Shown here piece by piece: positions 1 to 11,665 of a DNA stretch of 64,000 nt. Position numbers and translations under genes: made by a program. The stretch is taken from contig JAAILG010001561.1 in NCBI GenBank assembly GCA_012026655.1, forward strand, positions 1 through 64,000. Reading direction: 5' to 3'. The DNA is from Hydrolagus affinis (Eukaryota). The first letter of the stretch is position 1. Every line of letters starts with the position of its first letter. Below the pieces are notes generated by a model. It searched no databases. It saw only the letters and a program-made list of their open reading frames with translations, and had not been told where the DNA came from.

Positions 1-340
1 GTGGACACTTTAAAATAAACGGATCTTCTAAACCAGTTGTATATAAACCGTGGCCTGACCAGATTTCCAAACGTCACTCGGCTTGGTGGATTCTCATGTA
101 TATTTAGATTTACATAATAATATAATACAATATAATGCTGTATTTCAATGGATTTATTATCCGGATGAACTCTGGATGATACAACACGTCGTCCCCACAC
201 GATGAGAAAGAAGCCTGTAATGACAGTGTCTGCGTGTGTGTCACTGTTGTGAATACAACAAGACATTCCTCTTTGGTTGATGTGACAGGGAGTTTTTAAC
301 AGATAATTTGCTGCGTTGGCATTGGGGGGGGAGAGATGAA

Positions 341-618
341 AACAACAACAAAATTGCATTTATACAGCACCTTTCACGTCGGGAGGACGTCCCAAGGTGT
401 GGAACAGTCAGGGGTCGGGACCCGGGCATGGGCGAGGGGCAGGGTACGGGTGAAGGGAGGGAGAGAAGTTGAGACGGCGGCAGAAGGCACGATCGAAAAG
501 GAGGGTCTTGAGACCGGCCTTGAAGGAGGCAAGGGAGGAAACGAGGCAAAGAGAAGCGACTGTGGGATGGAATTCCAGAGTGTGGGGGCAGAGAGGCTGA
601 AAGCCCGGCCGCCAATGG
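341..618 (-). mobile_element. L2-clade LINE 3' fragment
   Basis: Minus strand reads IGGRAFSLSAPTLWNSIP, a typical L2 ORF2 C-terminus, followed by a 3' UTR ending GGGACGTCCTCCCGACGTGAAAGG...(TTG)n. Many related copies occur in the window. Confidence 0.8.
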
Positions 619-906
619 CAAGGCTTTGGAATACCAGCCATCAAAGCGCTGCTTTGCTGACTAATCAAAGATATTCATTCACAACTCTTGAATTTGTTGA
701 CAGCCCAGGTGATTTATTATTGGCATCGCGTGCTGAGAATGGGTCTGTGCTTTGAATGTTTACCTGGGTTACAGCACAAATGACAGAAAGCAAGAAAATG
801 GCAGCTCTGTCTTGTTGGTGATTTGGAATGTTCAAGGTTACGTCATATTAACTAACTGCTTACCTGTGGGAGGAAAATTCCTAGAAAACAGAAATAACAA
901 AGGGAG

Positions 907-937
<31 letters not shown>

Positions 938-957
938 GATATATGTATATATACACA
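907..957. repeat. (GT)n(AT)n compound microsatellite
   Basis: Seen directly in the sequence. Confidence 0.9.
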
Positions 958-2570
958 GAAATACATGCATTTAACTTATAAACATTTGGAATGTGATGTG
1001 GAAGATTTTTCCCCTCTTAAAGACATGTTTACTGTACACCATCCAGCTCTTCTACTTCCTTCCCCACATACATACACCATGCGTGATCTGTAATAAGATG
1101 GGTGGTCATGTGAAGCAGCCAGGAGTCAACAAATTAGAGCAAAGCAATTAACTTATAGATATAAATATGCTTAAAGGATGAATTAAATTTTTGTTACAGA
1201 CTCAATCCTCACTGCATAACTTTCTGTAAACATTAGATTAAAAAAAATGTATTCAATTCAGTGTGGTTGGCTACATTCATGCTGACAATAAAAAAAACTG
1301 CCATAACTGACAGACCCACAGAAACCCCCTCTGTATATAGGTACTTGCATTCAGTTTGAATCTGGTTGTGGGTAAACACATTGTTTCAATTGCCTATACA
1401 GTCAAGTTCTCAACATTATTACAGCAATAATATTACCTTTTTCAAGCAGCCATATTCTGTAAGAACTGTAAAAAGCAAGTTGGGATCATTTAACAGTGAA
1501 ACAAGTTGTTTCTGAATATTATTCCGGTCAGTTAAGCTGATCTGAATCAAAGGCTGAGCTGTGAAAGAATACCCTGCGAATGACGCACAAAGAAACTAGA
1601 AGACTGTAAATTAATTTTTCAACTTTCTTATTTCACCTATTGATAAAGAAGGCAGGTGGATTCTGAATGTAACATCACATCAGTAAAATATATACCATGA
1701 TCAGTCTAACCAGCACAGTTTGAAAACCAGTGTGGATTGCATTTAAGGAAGGCACTGTGCCCAAATCTGCAGCTGGTACCTACACAGAGTTTACATTCTA
1801 ATTACTTTGTATTAGAGATATTAAAGAGTATCATAAAAAGTCGGGGAATTGAGATTAAAAGATCTGATGAGGTCTAATAAACTGGTAGAAAACAGGTTCA
1901 GTGGACTGAATAGCCCACTCCTGCATCTGTTTTCCCAATTATAACCATGACGTAAGAGTCCAAAATAATCCCATCTATCTTTTAAATGTTGGGTGCAGGA
2001 GTCATTCCTATGGTGATATTTTTTTAAGTAATAAACACTTTGCTCAATTTAACCTTTATAAATCAGAGTCACCAGAGAAAACACACGCAAATACAATGGA
2101 AGCCACTTAAACTGGACATATCGTGGGCGGTTGTTTTGTCCTGCTAAAGCGGCTTCCACTGTATGTCATTTATATCAGTGCCTCGTATTGGTAAATTGAG
2201 TGGGTTTAGCTCTAATGCCTTAGAGATTCTGGCAGTCAGCACCAACAATTTCCAAAAATAGGCAAGTGGAAGTGTCACCCTGCAGGCAAGAAATTGTACT
2301 TTTTCGAACTGGTAAACCAAAACTGCTGAGTTTTTAGTAGATGGATCTGGAGAAAGGTAAGGGTTATTTTCGGGTTTCAGGAAATCTGTACTTATTTTCA
2401 TATATTTTAACCAGTCACATTGGTGGGGAGAAAAACAAATTACAGTGTAACACTATTAGCAGCAGACTGGAATTTTAAAAATATTGTCATTTTCACGTCT
2501 ACACCCAATCTGGGCAAATTTTGTGAGAAATGCTCTCTTGTTTAGCATTGATGTTTTACTCTTTTCACAG

Positions 2571-2751
2571 AATTGATAGAAACTCTGACACAGAATGGCC
2601 ACCCATCGAGTAACTTCAGCCAATCACATGCCACAGATTCATCGGCATGTCACCAAAGAAGAGGAAATCCAGGGAGCAACTCTGGAGGGTCAGAGGCAGG
2701 AGGAGAGGCTGCAAAAACCTACACACAGGATCAGGTTGAGGCTGTGAAGAG
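2571..2751 (+). CDS. DNAJB12: DnaJ homolog subfamily B member 12, internal exon (first coding exon in window)
   Basis: Acceptor cttttcacag| and donor AG|gtatga; encodes LIETLTQNG...KTYTQDQVEAVKR; frame joins the J-domain exon. Confidence 0.9.
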
Positions 2752-3521
2752 GTATGAAAAAGGAGGGGATGGGGCCTAACCTTGGGAAGGTAATTAGAGT
2801 CATATGTCCTTGTTTTGAGAGGAAGAAGATCTGAGAGAAAACAGAGGGTGTCTCAGAGAATGACAATGGGATCTAATTAGTGGCTTTTTCTAACTGGATT
2901 TCTTAATGAAAGGAATCAAGTCAGCTCATGAGAACTCTAAAATTTGATGGTAATCTAGTTTGACAAGTTCCTATGAGTCTGTGTGATGTACTTCAGAAAG
3001 CTACCAACAGCCCTACCTGCACAGCAACAACAACAACTTAAACTTATAAAGCAAGAAGATCAAAGAGACATAGTACACCGATAATCATTAATAAGGAAAG
3101 TGAATGATTATCGGTGTACTATGTCTCTTTGATCTTCTTGCTGTGCAGGTAGGGCTGTTGTTAGCTTTAGGAAGGCTTGACATTATGCAGAATAGTGCCA
3201 TGTTAGGGTTAATTTGTCTGCTAATATAAACTGTTGAGACTACAACAACAAAATTACACTTCTATAGCACCTTTCACGTCAGGAGGACGTCCCAAGGCGC
3301 TGGACAGTCACTGCCTTGGGACGTCCTCCCGACGTGAAAGGCGCTCTATAAATGTAATTTGTTGTTGTTGTTGCTTCAGACCTGAGCTAAGGACAGGTTG
3401 GGGGAGGGGGGGGGGGACGATTGCAGTTATTGCAGACTGTTATGTAACACAATTCAGCACTAACTGATGGTGAACATCTGTTGATTGATAACTGAAATGT
3501 TGCTATGTTTCCTATCTTCAG

Positions 3522-3667
3522 AATAAAGAAGTGTAAAGATTACTATGAAATCCTAGGGCTGAGTAAGGATACCTCGGAGGATGACTTGAAGAAAGCTTAT
3601 AGGAAATTGGCTCTAAAGTTTCATCCTGACAAGAACCAAGCCCCAGGTGCCACAGAGGCATTCAAAG
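3522..3667 (+). CDS. DNAJB12: DNAJB12 exon, J domain with HPD motif
   Basis: [15 protein letters not shown]...[18 protein letters not shown]; canonical ag/gt boundaries. Confidence 0.97.
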
Positions 3668-5572
3668 GTAGGCATTGGAGCATGTGAATTTCCGACTGAC
3701 AGTGGTGCTCAAGCAATTCTGTTGTATGTTACTAGACAATAGCTTACTGGATGATGGCTTCCTCTCTACCTCTGTGACCTGTTAACTCCATTTAAATCTG
3801 TATGCTCCCTCCACTCAGCAGGCTCTGATCTGCTCCATGAACCCTGCCCCACCATCGGTAATTGGCCTTTAGCCTCTATGCACCGCCCTTTGGAATTCCA
3901 TTTCATGCTCCCTCCCATGCCTACTTAAGGCCTATCTCCAGACCCTCCACTTTGATCGCGCTTTCAGTCACCACCCTCCGTGCCCTCCAACCCTCCTGAT
4001 CACAACTTCAGCTGGGGACCCAACCGCCTTGGGATGTTCTCCCAATTTGCTGAAAGTAAATTATTGTTGTTTTGAGTGTAAAGCATTTGAATCTTCTGTC
4101 CTGGGCAATCTTACAGACTTTTGCAAAGCAAACTAGAGTATTGAATATGGAAAGAATTCATGTTAAAGAATTAATCATCGTTACAGTGTTGTGGAATTAA
4201 AGATCGTGAATTTTTCACTTGCTTTTACAAAGCCACACAATGTTGTTTCCTTTTGTATTGAGGATTCCCCCTCCCTCGCTCGATGTCAAGTGCTCTGGGA
4301 CTGAGCAAATTTAAAAAAAAATTTGTATATGGTGAGGAGAAATGGCAGAAAGGGCTTGAGGAAAGTAATTTAAAGCTACTGAGTCACAGGTGTAGTTTTG
4401 AAGACAGTGCAGAAATGCTGCTTCATTTGTCAGTGTGCTGATGATTTAAAAAGCTACTTGATTTATAAAGAGCATTGAATTGGGAAGATATCTTTCTGAT
4501 TGTGAGTTCAGGAGTGTTTCTCCACAGTGTCTAAAAGTAATTCTGCAACGTTCCATTTTGTTATATAAGTTATTTTCAAATTAACCCTAAATGGGAATAC
4601 CTCATTTAAAATCGCTAATTACATGACATGTCTTAAGATTTGCTTTCATTTTCATTGAAGTCCCATTTCACAGATGGAACGATGACCTACTTGCAATACT
4701 CTTCCTGATCTAATCATTGGAAGCTGTTTGAAGAAGGCCAAAAATTGAGTTGACCCCATGTTCTTCCCTTCTCACTGGGGAAATGCTGGTCTTGATTCGA
4801 CATCCCCAGAACTGCCTGTTCTACGTATCGCAGACACAGACCATTGTTGTACCATTTTATGGCACAATGTTTTGAAGGAACAATTTAGCCTCTGATACTC
4901 TTATATTGGTGTTCCCTGACCAAGACAATTTTTCTCCACTTCCACACCTATCTCACACCAAATCCTGGCAAAACCCTCATTTATTCCTTTGTGAAACCTC
5001 CACCTAGACTTTTCAAATGCACTCTTTGCCAATGCAAGAGTACCTTGCCATAAAAACCTCCTCTTTGACTGTGCCTATAGTTACCTCCCTGTTTCATTGC
5101 CTTCTCTTTATTCCTTGCTCAGGGATCTGACCCTGATTTTGTGAAAGTGCTGTGAGAATGTTGTTCTGCTATGTGAAAGGTGCTGTATGACTGCCAAGTT
5201 GTTGATGACTGACTGGAAGGTCTAAGATTCCAACTGCCAAGCAAGTGGGAGCTCTCCTGTTATCTTTTCACTGTGTGGTGAACCAATGAATAACAAAATA
5301 TTTGTTTGATGTACAACCTCAACTGCCACATTACAACATCATCACAGTTAAAATACATTTGTCAAAGGACGATTCCTTTCTTATTTAATTCTCTATTTAA
5401 AATTTCAAACCAAAGTCAGACAAATTGATGAAATTAGTGTGACACACACTCTTGAATAGTTAAAATGGACACTTAATAAATACATGATTGGTAGACCATC
5501 ATGGATTGAGTTTGGATTGGCTAAATGCTAACAACAGGCTTGAATATCTTGCCCCTCAATGTCCTCTTTCAG

Positions 5573-5758
5573 CTATCGGCAATGCTTATGCAGTACTCAG
5601 CAATCCAGAGAAACGGAAACAGTATGACCTATATGGCGATGAGAAACAGGTAACATCTAGGCACAGCCATGGTGCCTCTGACTATCACAGAGGCTTTGAG
5701 GCAGACATCTCTCCTGAGGACCTCTTCAATATGTTCTTTGGAGGTGGGTTCCCATCTG
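5573..5758 (+). CDS. DNAJB12: DNAJB12 exon, end of J domain and G/F region
   Basis: [19 protein letters not shown]...[21 protein letters not shown]; tttcag| and G|gtaag. Confidence 0.97.
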
Positions 5759-6773
5759 GTAAGTTTTTATTTTTTTTTAGGAAAGAACTAACTGCAGTAA
5801 TCATTTCTAGTTTGTAACCTGTTACAGGGTACCATGTAATTTGCATAGAGGTGTCTTCAACCTAATGTTGGTTGCAGACTTATATCATTAAAGGTTTACA
5901 AATTCTATTTTAAATCACCTTTATAAAACGATCATTCACCCATTTCAGAGGTAGTTTGCTCTGTCAAATCAATTGTTCAGAAATTGGATTTATCAGGAAT
6001 TCATCTTGTTTAAATCATTTTGAAGCAAGTAGCACTGTGCTACTTCTTTGATTGTGATGTGTGAATAAACAGACTCATTGCAAAGCAGAAACATCTAGGA
6101 TTTGCAGCTATAAATTATAATTGTGTACAGTGTGCATCTCAGCAAAACGTACTTGAATATGACTTTGTGAAGCACTTGTCTTCTTTGAAGAAGCTGAATT
6201 TATGATGCAGAATACTAAGTTTAGGAGTGATTTGTTCTTGTGTTAAAAGAGTAATTCTAGGTCCTCCCTTACCTGAACCATGGGTAACACCAAAATACTG
6301 TGCCCACTTTGGGACTTGGATTCCAACCCAGATACATAACAGTCTCAGCACTCTCTCTCTTTCTCTCACTTTCTATGGGAAGCAAATTGAATATGTTTGT
6401 AACATTTTAATATAAATGTAAACATTTTTGTTGTTTGGATTATCTCAATTTCGTTACTAATGAATGTATGCCCACAATGAAGAGCTGACCAAAATGCAGA
6501 ATTAATTGACACTGAATTGGCAGTTTTCACAGTGAAGCCATAAGAATAATCAATGGGATTGTTACACTGGAACTTGTGTTGGTACATCTACGCCCTGCAT
6601 AACAGGAGGTTATTGCTTGATTTTTAAACTGACATCAGATTGAAAACTGAAAGAAACACTCCCAAGTCACATTATGTGTTTATTGAGATTAAAAGTCTTC
6701 ATTATACAGTATTAAGACATTTTTACATGACAATATAAGTCCAGTATTATGAATCCTTTTCCACTGTCTGCAG

Positions 6774-6850
6774 GCAACGTTCACGTATATAGTAATGGGC
6801 GAATGCGCTATACGTACCAGAGACCCGAGCGTCAGGAGCGTCGCGCTGAA
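6774..6850 (+). CDS. DNAJB12: DNAJB12 exon
   Basis: GNVHVYSNGRMRYTYQRPERQERRAE; ctgcag| and |gtgagt; phase consistent. Confidence 0.93.
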
Positions 6851-7479
6851 GTGAGTATTTCTCTTACCATTGATATTCTCTTCTATGCTTTTGATGGGGT
6901 TGAATCTTTCTCTTGATGTGCAGATTGACTGCAGAATTATTGGGCTTTGCCTGATAAAGCGGATATTTTGCTGTGTAAGTGTAAAACAAATACCTGCTTA
7001 GCATTTTACTCCTGGATCGTTCTATGTAGCCAACATTGTTTGTTGATAAACTATGCATACTGTTTCAGTGTAATTGTGATTTGGAGACTAAAAAGCATTC
7101 ATTGCAACATTGTACAATCATCTGGAATATGCTGTCACAGATGGACATATCATTGGAGTTGTTTCCGAGGTCCACAGCAATTCTGCCAGGAATTTCCAGC
7201 ATTGAACAGATCGTTGCTTTCAGGCTTGAGACCAATTGGCATTGACTACCTCTTGTATTGTGATGCCTGTCAGACTGACATTCTTGGCAAGCTAATGTTA
7301 AAGCATATTTGCTTGACTGAAGGCGAATTCCATCTCATTAGACTAAATGTTATCCTGAGAGACTACGTGGCATATTTATAGATGCAACCAGTACTGTTGA
7401 TTATTATTGGTCATCATTTATTTTCCTGCCCAAACTTTTTTTTGAGTGTTTCGCCTATAGGCCTTTGTGTGACTGCCCT

Positions 7480-8110
7480 TGATCCGGGATAAGACTTGCA
7501 GAGGATATGTGACAGGACTTGGTAGTGGAATGGGCTGTGAGCAGATTGGAGAGATAGGAAAGTGCCTGAGGGTAAAGTGGGAGTGAGGATCTCCTCGATG
7601 GTCTCCTCAGCTCCACTGTAAGAAGGTCCAAATGATACAAAATTCTGGCATTCGTGTCCTCACCTGTACCAGGCTCTGAATCTCCCATCATCCCAGTCCT
7701 TGCCAGACTCCCTTGGCTCCATATTGCAGAATGGATCGATTTTCAAGATCCTCACTCTTGCTTTCTGATCACTCTATTCCTACCTTTCTGATCTGCTCAC
7801 ACCCCATGCCACTGCCTCCCTTCTACATACGCTCAGCTAGTTTGGGTTTCTGCACTTCCCTTGTCCCCTCCATATCACCATTGGCGTCTATGTTTTTAGC
7901 CACTACTTCCCAAATCTCTGGAACTCTGCCTGAATATCTCCATCTCCAAATCCCCATTTTTACATGACTTCAAATCACACCTGAAGACTTACTTTTCAAC
8001 CATGCATTGAGTTACCTCCCCTCTTTCCAGTTTGGCACATCACACACACCGTTGTTGAGCGCTCTGAGATGTTACCCACATGAAAAGCGCTATATAAATG
8101 CAAGTTGTTT
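7480..8110 (+). mobile_element. Old degraded L2-like LINE fragment
   Basis: Pyrimidine-rich decayed ORF2-like sequence ending in ...tgaaaagcgctatataaatgcaagttgtt, resembling the L2 tail. Confidence 0.55.
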
Positions 8111-8520
8111 AATGAGACACGGTAAAATGCTGCAAATTTTCAAGCATTAGGAAATAGTAGCCAAAATTATCATGGTTTCCTTTAATGTAAGACTTTTCAC
8201 GACATGGATTTTGCGGGAAAAAATAATTGTAACTGGTGTAAAATTTTTACATTAAGGAGGAGTATTTCAAAGGCCATCATCAAGCATGAGCATGGTAATG
8301 TGACAGTAATTTTTAAGCTGCAGAGATCCTTGTTTCAGAAATAACTTGCACCAAATTTACCAGTGTTAAACTACGTGTTTGATGTAGATTCTGGTTAAAT
8401 GCTGTATGTGTTTGCATGTGATATTTATATTAGTTACGTAGTAGTCATGTGTGTGTGATACAGGTGCAGCCAACACTACTGAGCATGTATTGATTGTATT
8501 GTATGACTGTTCTGTTGCAG

Positions 8521-8630
8521 GGTGGGTTAGCGCTCTTTGTACAATTAATGCCGATCGTGATCCTGATTATCGTCTCTGTGATCAGTCAGATGATGGTGTC
8601 AAATCCTCCCTACAGTCTTAGTTCGAAGCC
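8521..8630 (+). CDS. DNAJB12: DNAJB12 exon, transmembrane segment
   Basis: [37 protein letters not shown]; ttgcag| and |gtaagt. Confidence 0.96.
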
Positions 8631-8882
8631 GTAAGTTAACCTCAAGGACATACAATTGCTTATCACTAGACATTTCCAAGCTTGCCAATTGAGTCAATAA
8701 AAATCTGGCAAAGCCATTTCTGCTGAACAATGTTTTTGTATAAACAAGTTTGCAATAAATCATCAATACATTAGAGAAAGTAAATTTTTAAAATTCCAAT
8801 CAAAAAATATGAAGTGATTTCTTCAGCCACTAGAATGTTATTGATGCATTTGTTCACGAAGTACCAGATATCTTCCATAGTA

Positions 8883-9077
8883 CAGTAAAATCCTGTTTAT
8901 CCATGACCCGGTCAACCGTAACTTCAGTATAAAAGGTCCCTATTCGATTAACCGGAATTTATCCGGCACATTTTTTTTTTAAAATATATTTTTGTGTGTT
9001 TTCAACCGAATATCCAGCATGTACTTTAACCGGCACTGGCCAGGTCCCGAGGGTGCCGGATAAACGGGCTTTTACTG
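8883..9077. mobile_element. Non-autonomous Tc1/mariner (pogo/Tigger-like) MITE
   Basis: Terminal inverted repeats CAGTAAAATCCTGTTTATCC...GGATAAACGGGCTTTTACTG flanked by TA on both sides; a related copy lies in opposite orientation at 21491-22147. Confidence 0.85.
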
Positions 9078-9590
9078 TATATACCTTAGGCACCCTTAGC
9101 TCAGATCATATTTTTGCAATCTTACATTGTCATCTTTGATAATACAGTATCTTGTATCCCTCAATTGATTTCTTTATGAAATTTTGCATTCGCTAGCTCA
9201 GTCTGCCTTTATCACCTACATGGGTATCCATTTCACACATTCGCCACTCAATATAAAGTAATTATATCTAAGCTTCGTTCACCTTCCTTTTGCTGAGTTT
9301 TAAATTCCCTTGTTATAAATGAGATTTCCATTAGGTGGAGCCTCTTTTATTTCTGTGCTTTCCTTGTGAGTTTGGTGCTGGTTGCTAACAGCTGTACCCT
9401 ATTTTCAAAACATTCCCCACATATTATCCTTATATTGACATTTAAGTTGTACTATTATTAGTGTCCCAGTGTGTGAGTAGGTAGTGTGATGGCATCTGAA
9501 CAGAACTGGTAGCTTTCTAGGGTTGCTTTGTCAGGGCATAAATCTCAGACCCCTTTGTAAGTATTCTAACAATAAATTGTTGTTCCCCAG

Positions 9591-9763
9591 GTCAGTGGGC
9601 CACATTTACAGGCGGGTAACAGATGTGTTAAATGTGCCCTATTATGTGGCGGATAACTTTGCAGAAGATTATACTGGACAGAATCTGAAATTAGTGGAGC
9701 GGAATGTGGAGGAGGATTTCATTGCTAACCTGCGGAACAACTGCTGGAAGGAAAAGCAACAGA
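9591..9763 (+). CDS. DNAJB12: DNAJB12 exon, lumenal DUF1977 region
   Basis: SVGHIYRRVTDVLNVPYYV...NLRNNCWKEKQQ; ccccag| and A|gtaagt. Confidence 0.96.
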
Positions 9764-10141
9764 GTAAGTAACGGTGTGAGAGCTGGCCTTGTTGACAGGA
9801 CATGTAAGGTTAGACCAGTCACTGGAGGCATGGATTCTTTCCAATCAGCAACAGTTAACCTGCCTTTACATGTAGGGTGGTCCTAGCTGGAAACTTGTCA
9901 GATTATACAATTCCAGAAAAATGAAAGTTCCATTCATAGGTTGCATGAATAAGTAGAATCATGTTTATATCTGTCTGGTTTATATACCTGTAAGCCTAGT
10001 GCTGAGTTTCAAGACATCCGGTTGAGTAACGGAAAATCAAATGCTGGTAAGTGTTAAGTGCATTCATTAGTGTAACGTTACAGTGAATGTCAGGTACATA
10101 ATACCATGTCATTTAACATGTTATATTTTGTATGTCCACAG

Positions 10142-10263
10142 AAGAGGGGTTGTTGTATCGTGCCCGGTATTTTGGGGATATGGATTTATACCATAAAGCA
10201 CAAAAAATGAGCACACCGAGCTGCACTAGGCTATCACAAGTCCAGACTTCCCTGCACGGTTAG
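10142..10263 (+). CDS. DNAJB12: DNAJB12 last coding exon
   Basis: KEGLLYRARYFGD...TPSCTRLSQVQTSLHG-TAG. The C-terminal SLHG and synteny with ANAPC16/ASCC1 favour DNAJB12 over DNAJB14. Confidence 0.95.
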
Positions 10264-11318
10264 AACAGCATCTACATCATCAATAACCGGAGGCCAAGTA
10301 GGTACTGTGCATATTGTTCAATTCATTTACTGTAATAATTATTGGGTCACCGTGGCTGATTGCCCTAGTACAATCAGTATATTTGATACTGCAGCAAATG
10401 TGTCACTGATCCAATGTTTCAATCAATTCTATGTTGTAAACTGATCTATCTTTAGTCCTGCGTTCCTCAACATTGGAAGCGTTATGGGACGTCCTCCCGA
10501 CGTGAAAGGTGCTCTATAAATGTAATGTTGTTGTTGTATGGCAAAGTAATGATGCAAAAAAAGCATTGCTGTTTATGAATCACAGATTATCACAGATGAA
10601 TTACGTACTCAACTGCTCCAATCTTATGAATTCAGATGACTTGGTTTAGTTTCACCTTTATGTTTTTTGACATGAATCTCTTGATTGCATTAATTGCTTG
10701 TCATTCAGTTCCTTATCAATCCTCCTGTGCTTCACTCATTTCTCTGAATAATATGCAAATTAAATGGGATTAATTCAGAAAATAACAAATTTGAGAAATT
10801 AAGAAAAATAATTATTTTCTTTTCAAACATTTGCATTGAAATAACGTTTTTTTTAGAGAAATCTTGCTTGGTCCTTTGAATACATTTGTAATCTATTTTT
10901 CTAATTTTCATGTTCTGTCCATAGAGTATTGAAGACTTGGAAGATTTTAACAATCCCTCAAATTAGTCTGACTGGATGTAATTCGCCAGCAGCACTGCTG
11001 AGATTCAGTGTAAAAGCACCACGCTGGACTTTTGTTTTATGAACTGGATGGAGTAAGCAGCCCAAGGTCTCCAGGACAGCACACTGGTGTAGAGACCAAC
11101 AGATACTCCATTTTGTAGAAACCTGGGACAGTGGAAAATATGAAAGACATGACTACGCATGAACCAAGTTTGTACACGTGCACTAGTCACTTCTAATGAA
11201 GAGAATCAAGAAACCTATTGAATTAATGATCTGAAGATTATTTATAGTTGTATATACGTTGTACTTTTAACTATGCAGGGGCTGAAATCAGTTGTAAGTT
11301 ATTTTGCTCTTCTATAGA

Positions 11319-11324
11319 AATAAA
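11319..11324 (+). terminator. Candidate polyadenylation signal of DNAJB12
   Basis: AATAAA downstream of the putative terminal non-coding exon; not verified by transcripts. Confidence 0.45.
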
Positions 11325-11565
11325 CCTGTAATGTGAGTAATATCTACGTCTCCATTCAGTTCCCAGAATATTACATTTTCACTGATTCAAGATTTAGAAA
11401 ACAAGGACACCCTAGCGAATCTATTCCAGAAACAATCCTGACTGATTTGGACTACAGTATTTTACTAAAGTTGTAAATGCACTTGAGGGGATTCAAACTG
11501 TATCCTTTCCAGCAAGAGTTAAACTTAAGCGAATTTCATCATCTGAACTTTTGGGTTTAGTTCTT

Positions 11566-11665
11566 NNNNNNNNNNNNNNNNNNNNNNNNNNNNNNNNNNN
11601 NNNNNNNNNNNNNNNNNNNNNNNNNNNNNNNNNNNNNNNNNNNNNNNNNNNNNNNNNNNNNNNNN
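11566..11665. other. Assembly gap (100 N, true size unknown)
   Basis: Run of exactly 100 N. Confidence 1.

Noticed and set aside
241-755. Overlapping ORFs of 86-139 aa
   Set aside because: They run through an L2 LINE 3' fragment; not genes. The same applies to ORFs at 17124-17712, 41276-41605, 44802-45132 and 58621-59253.
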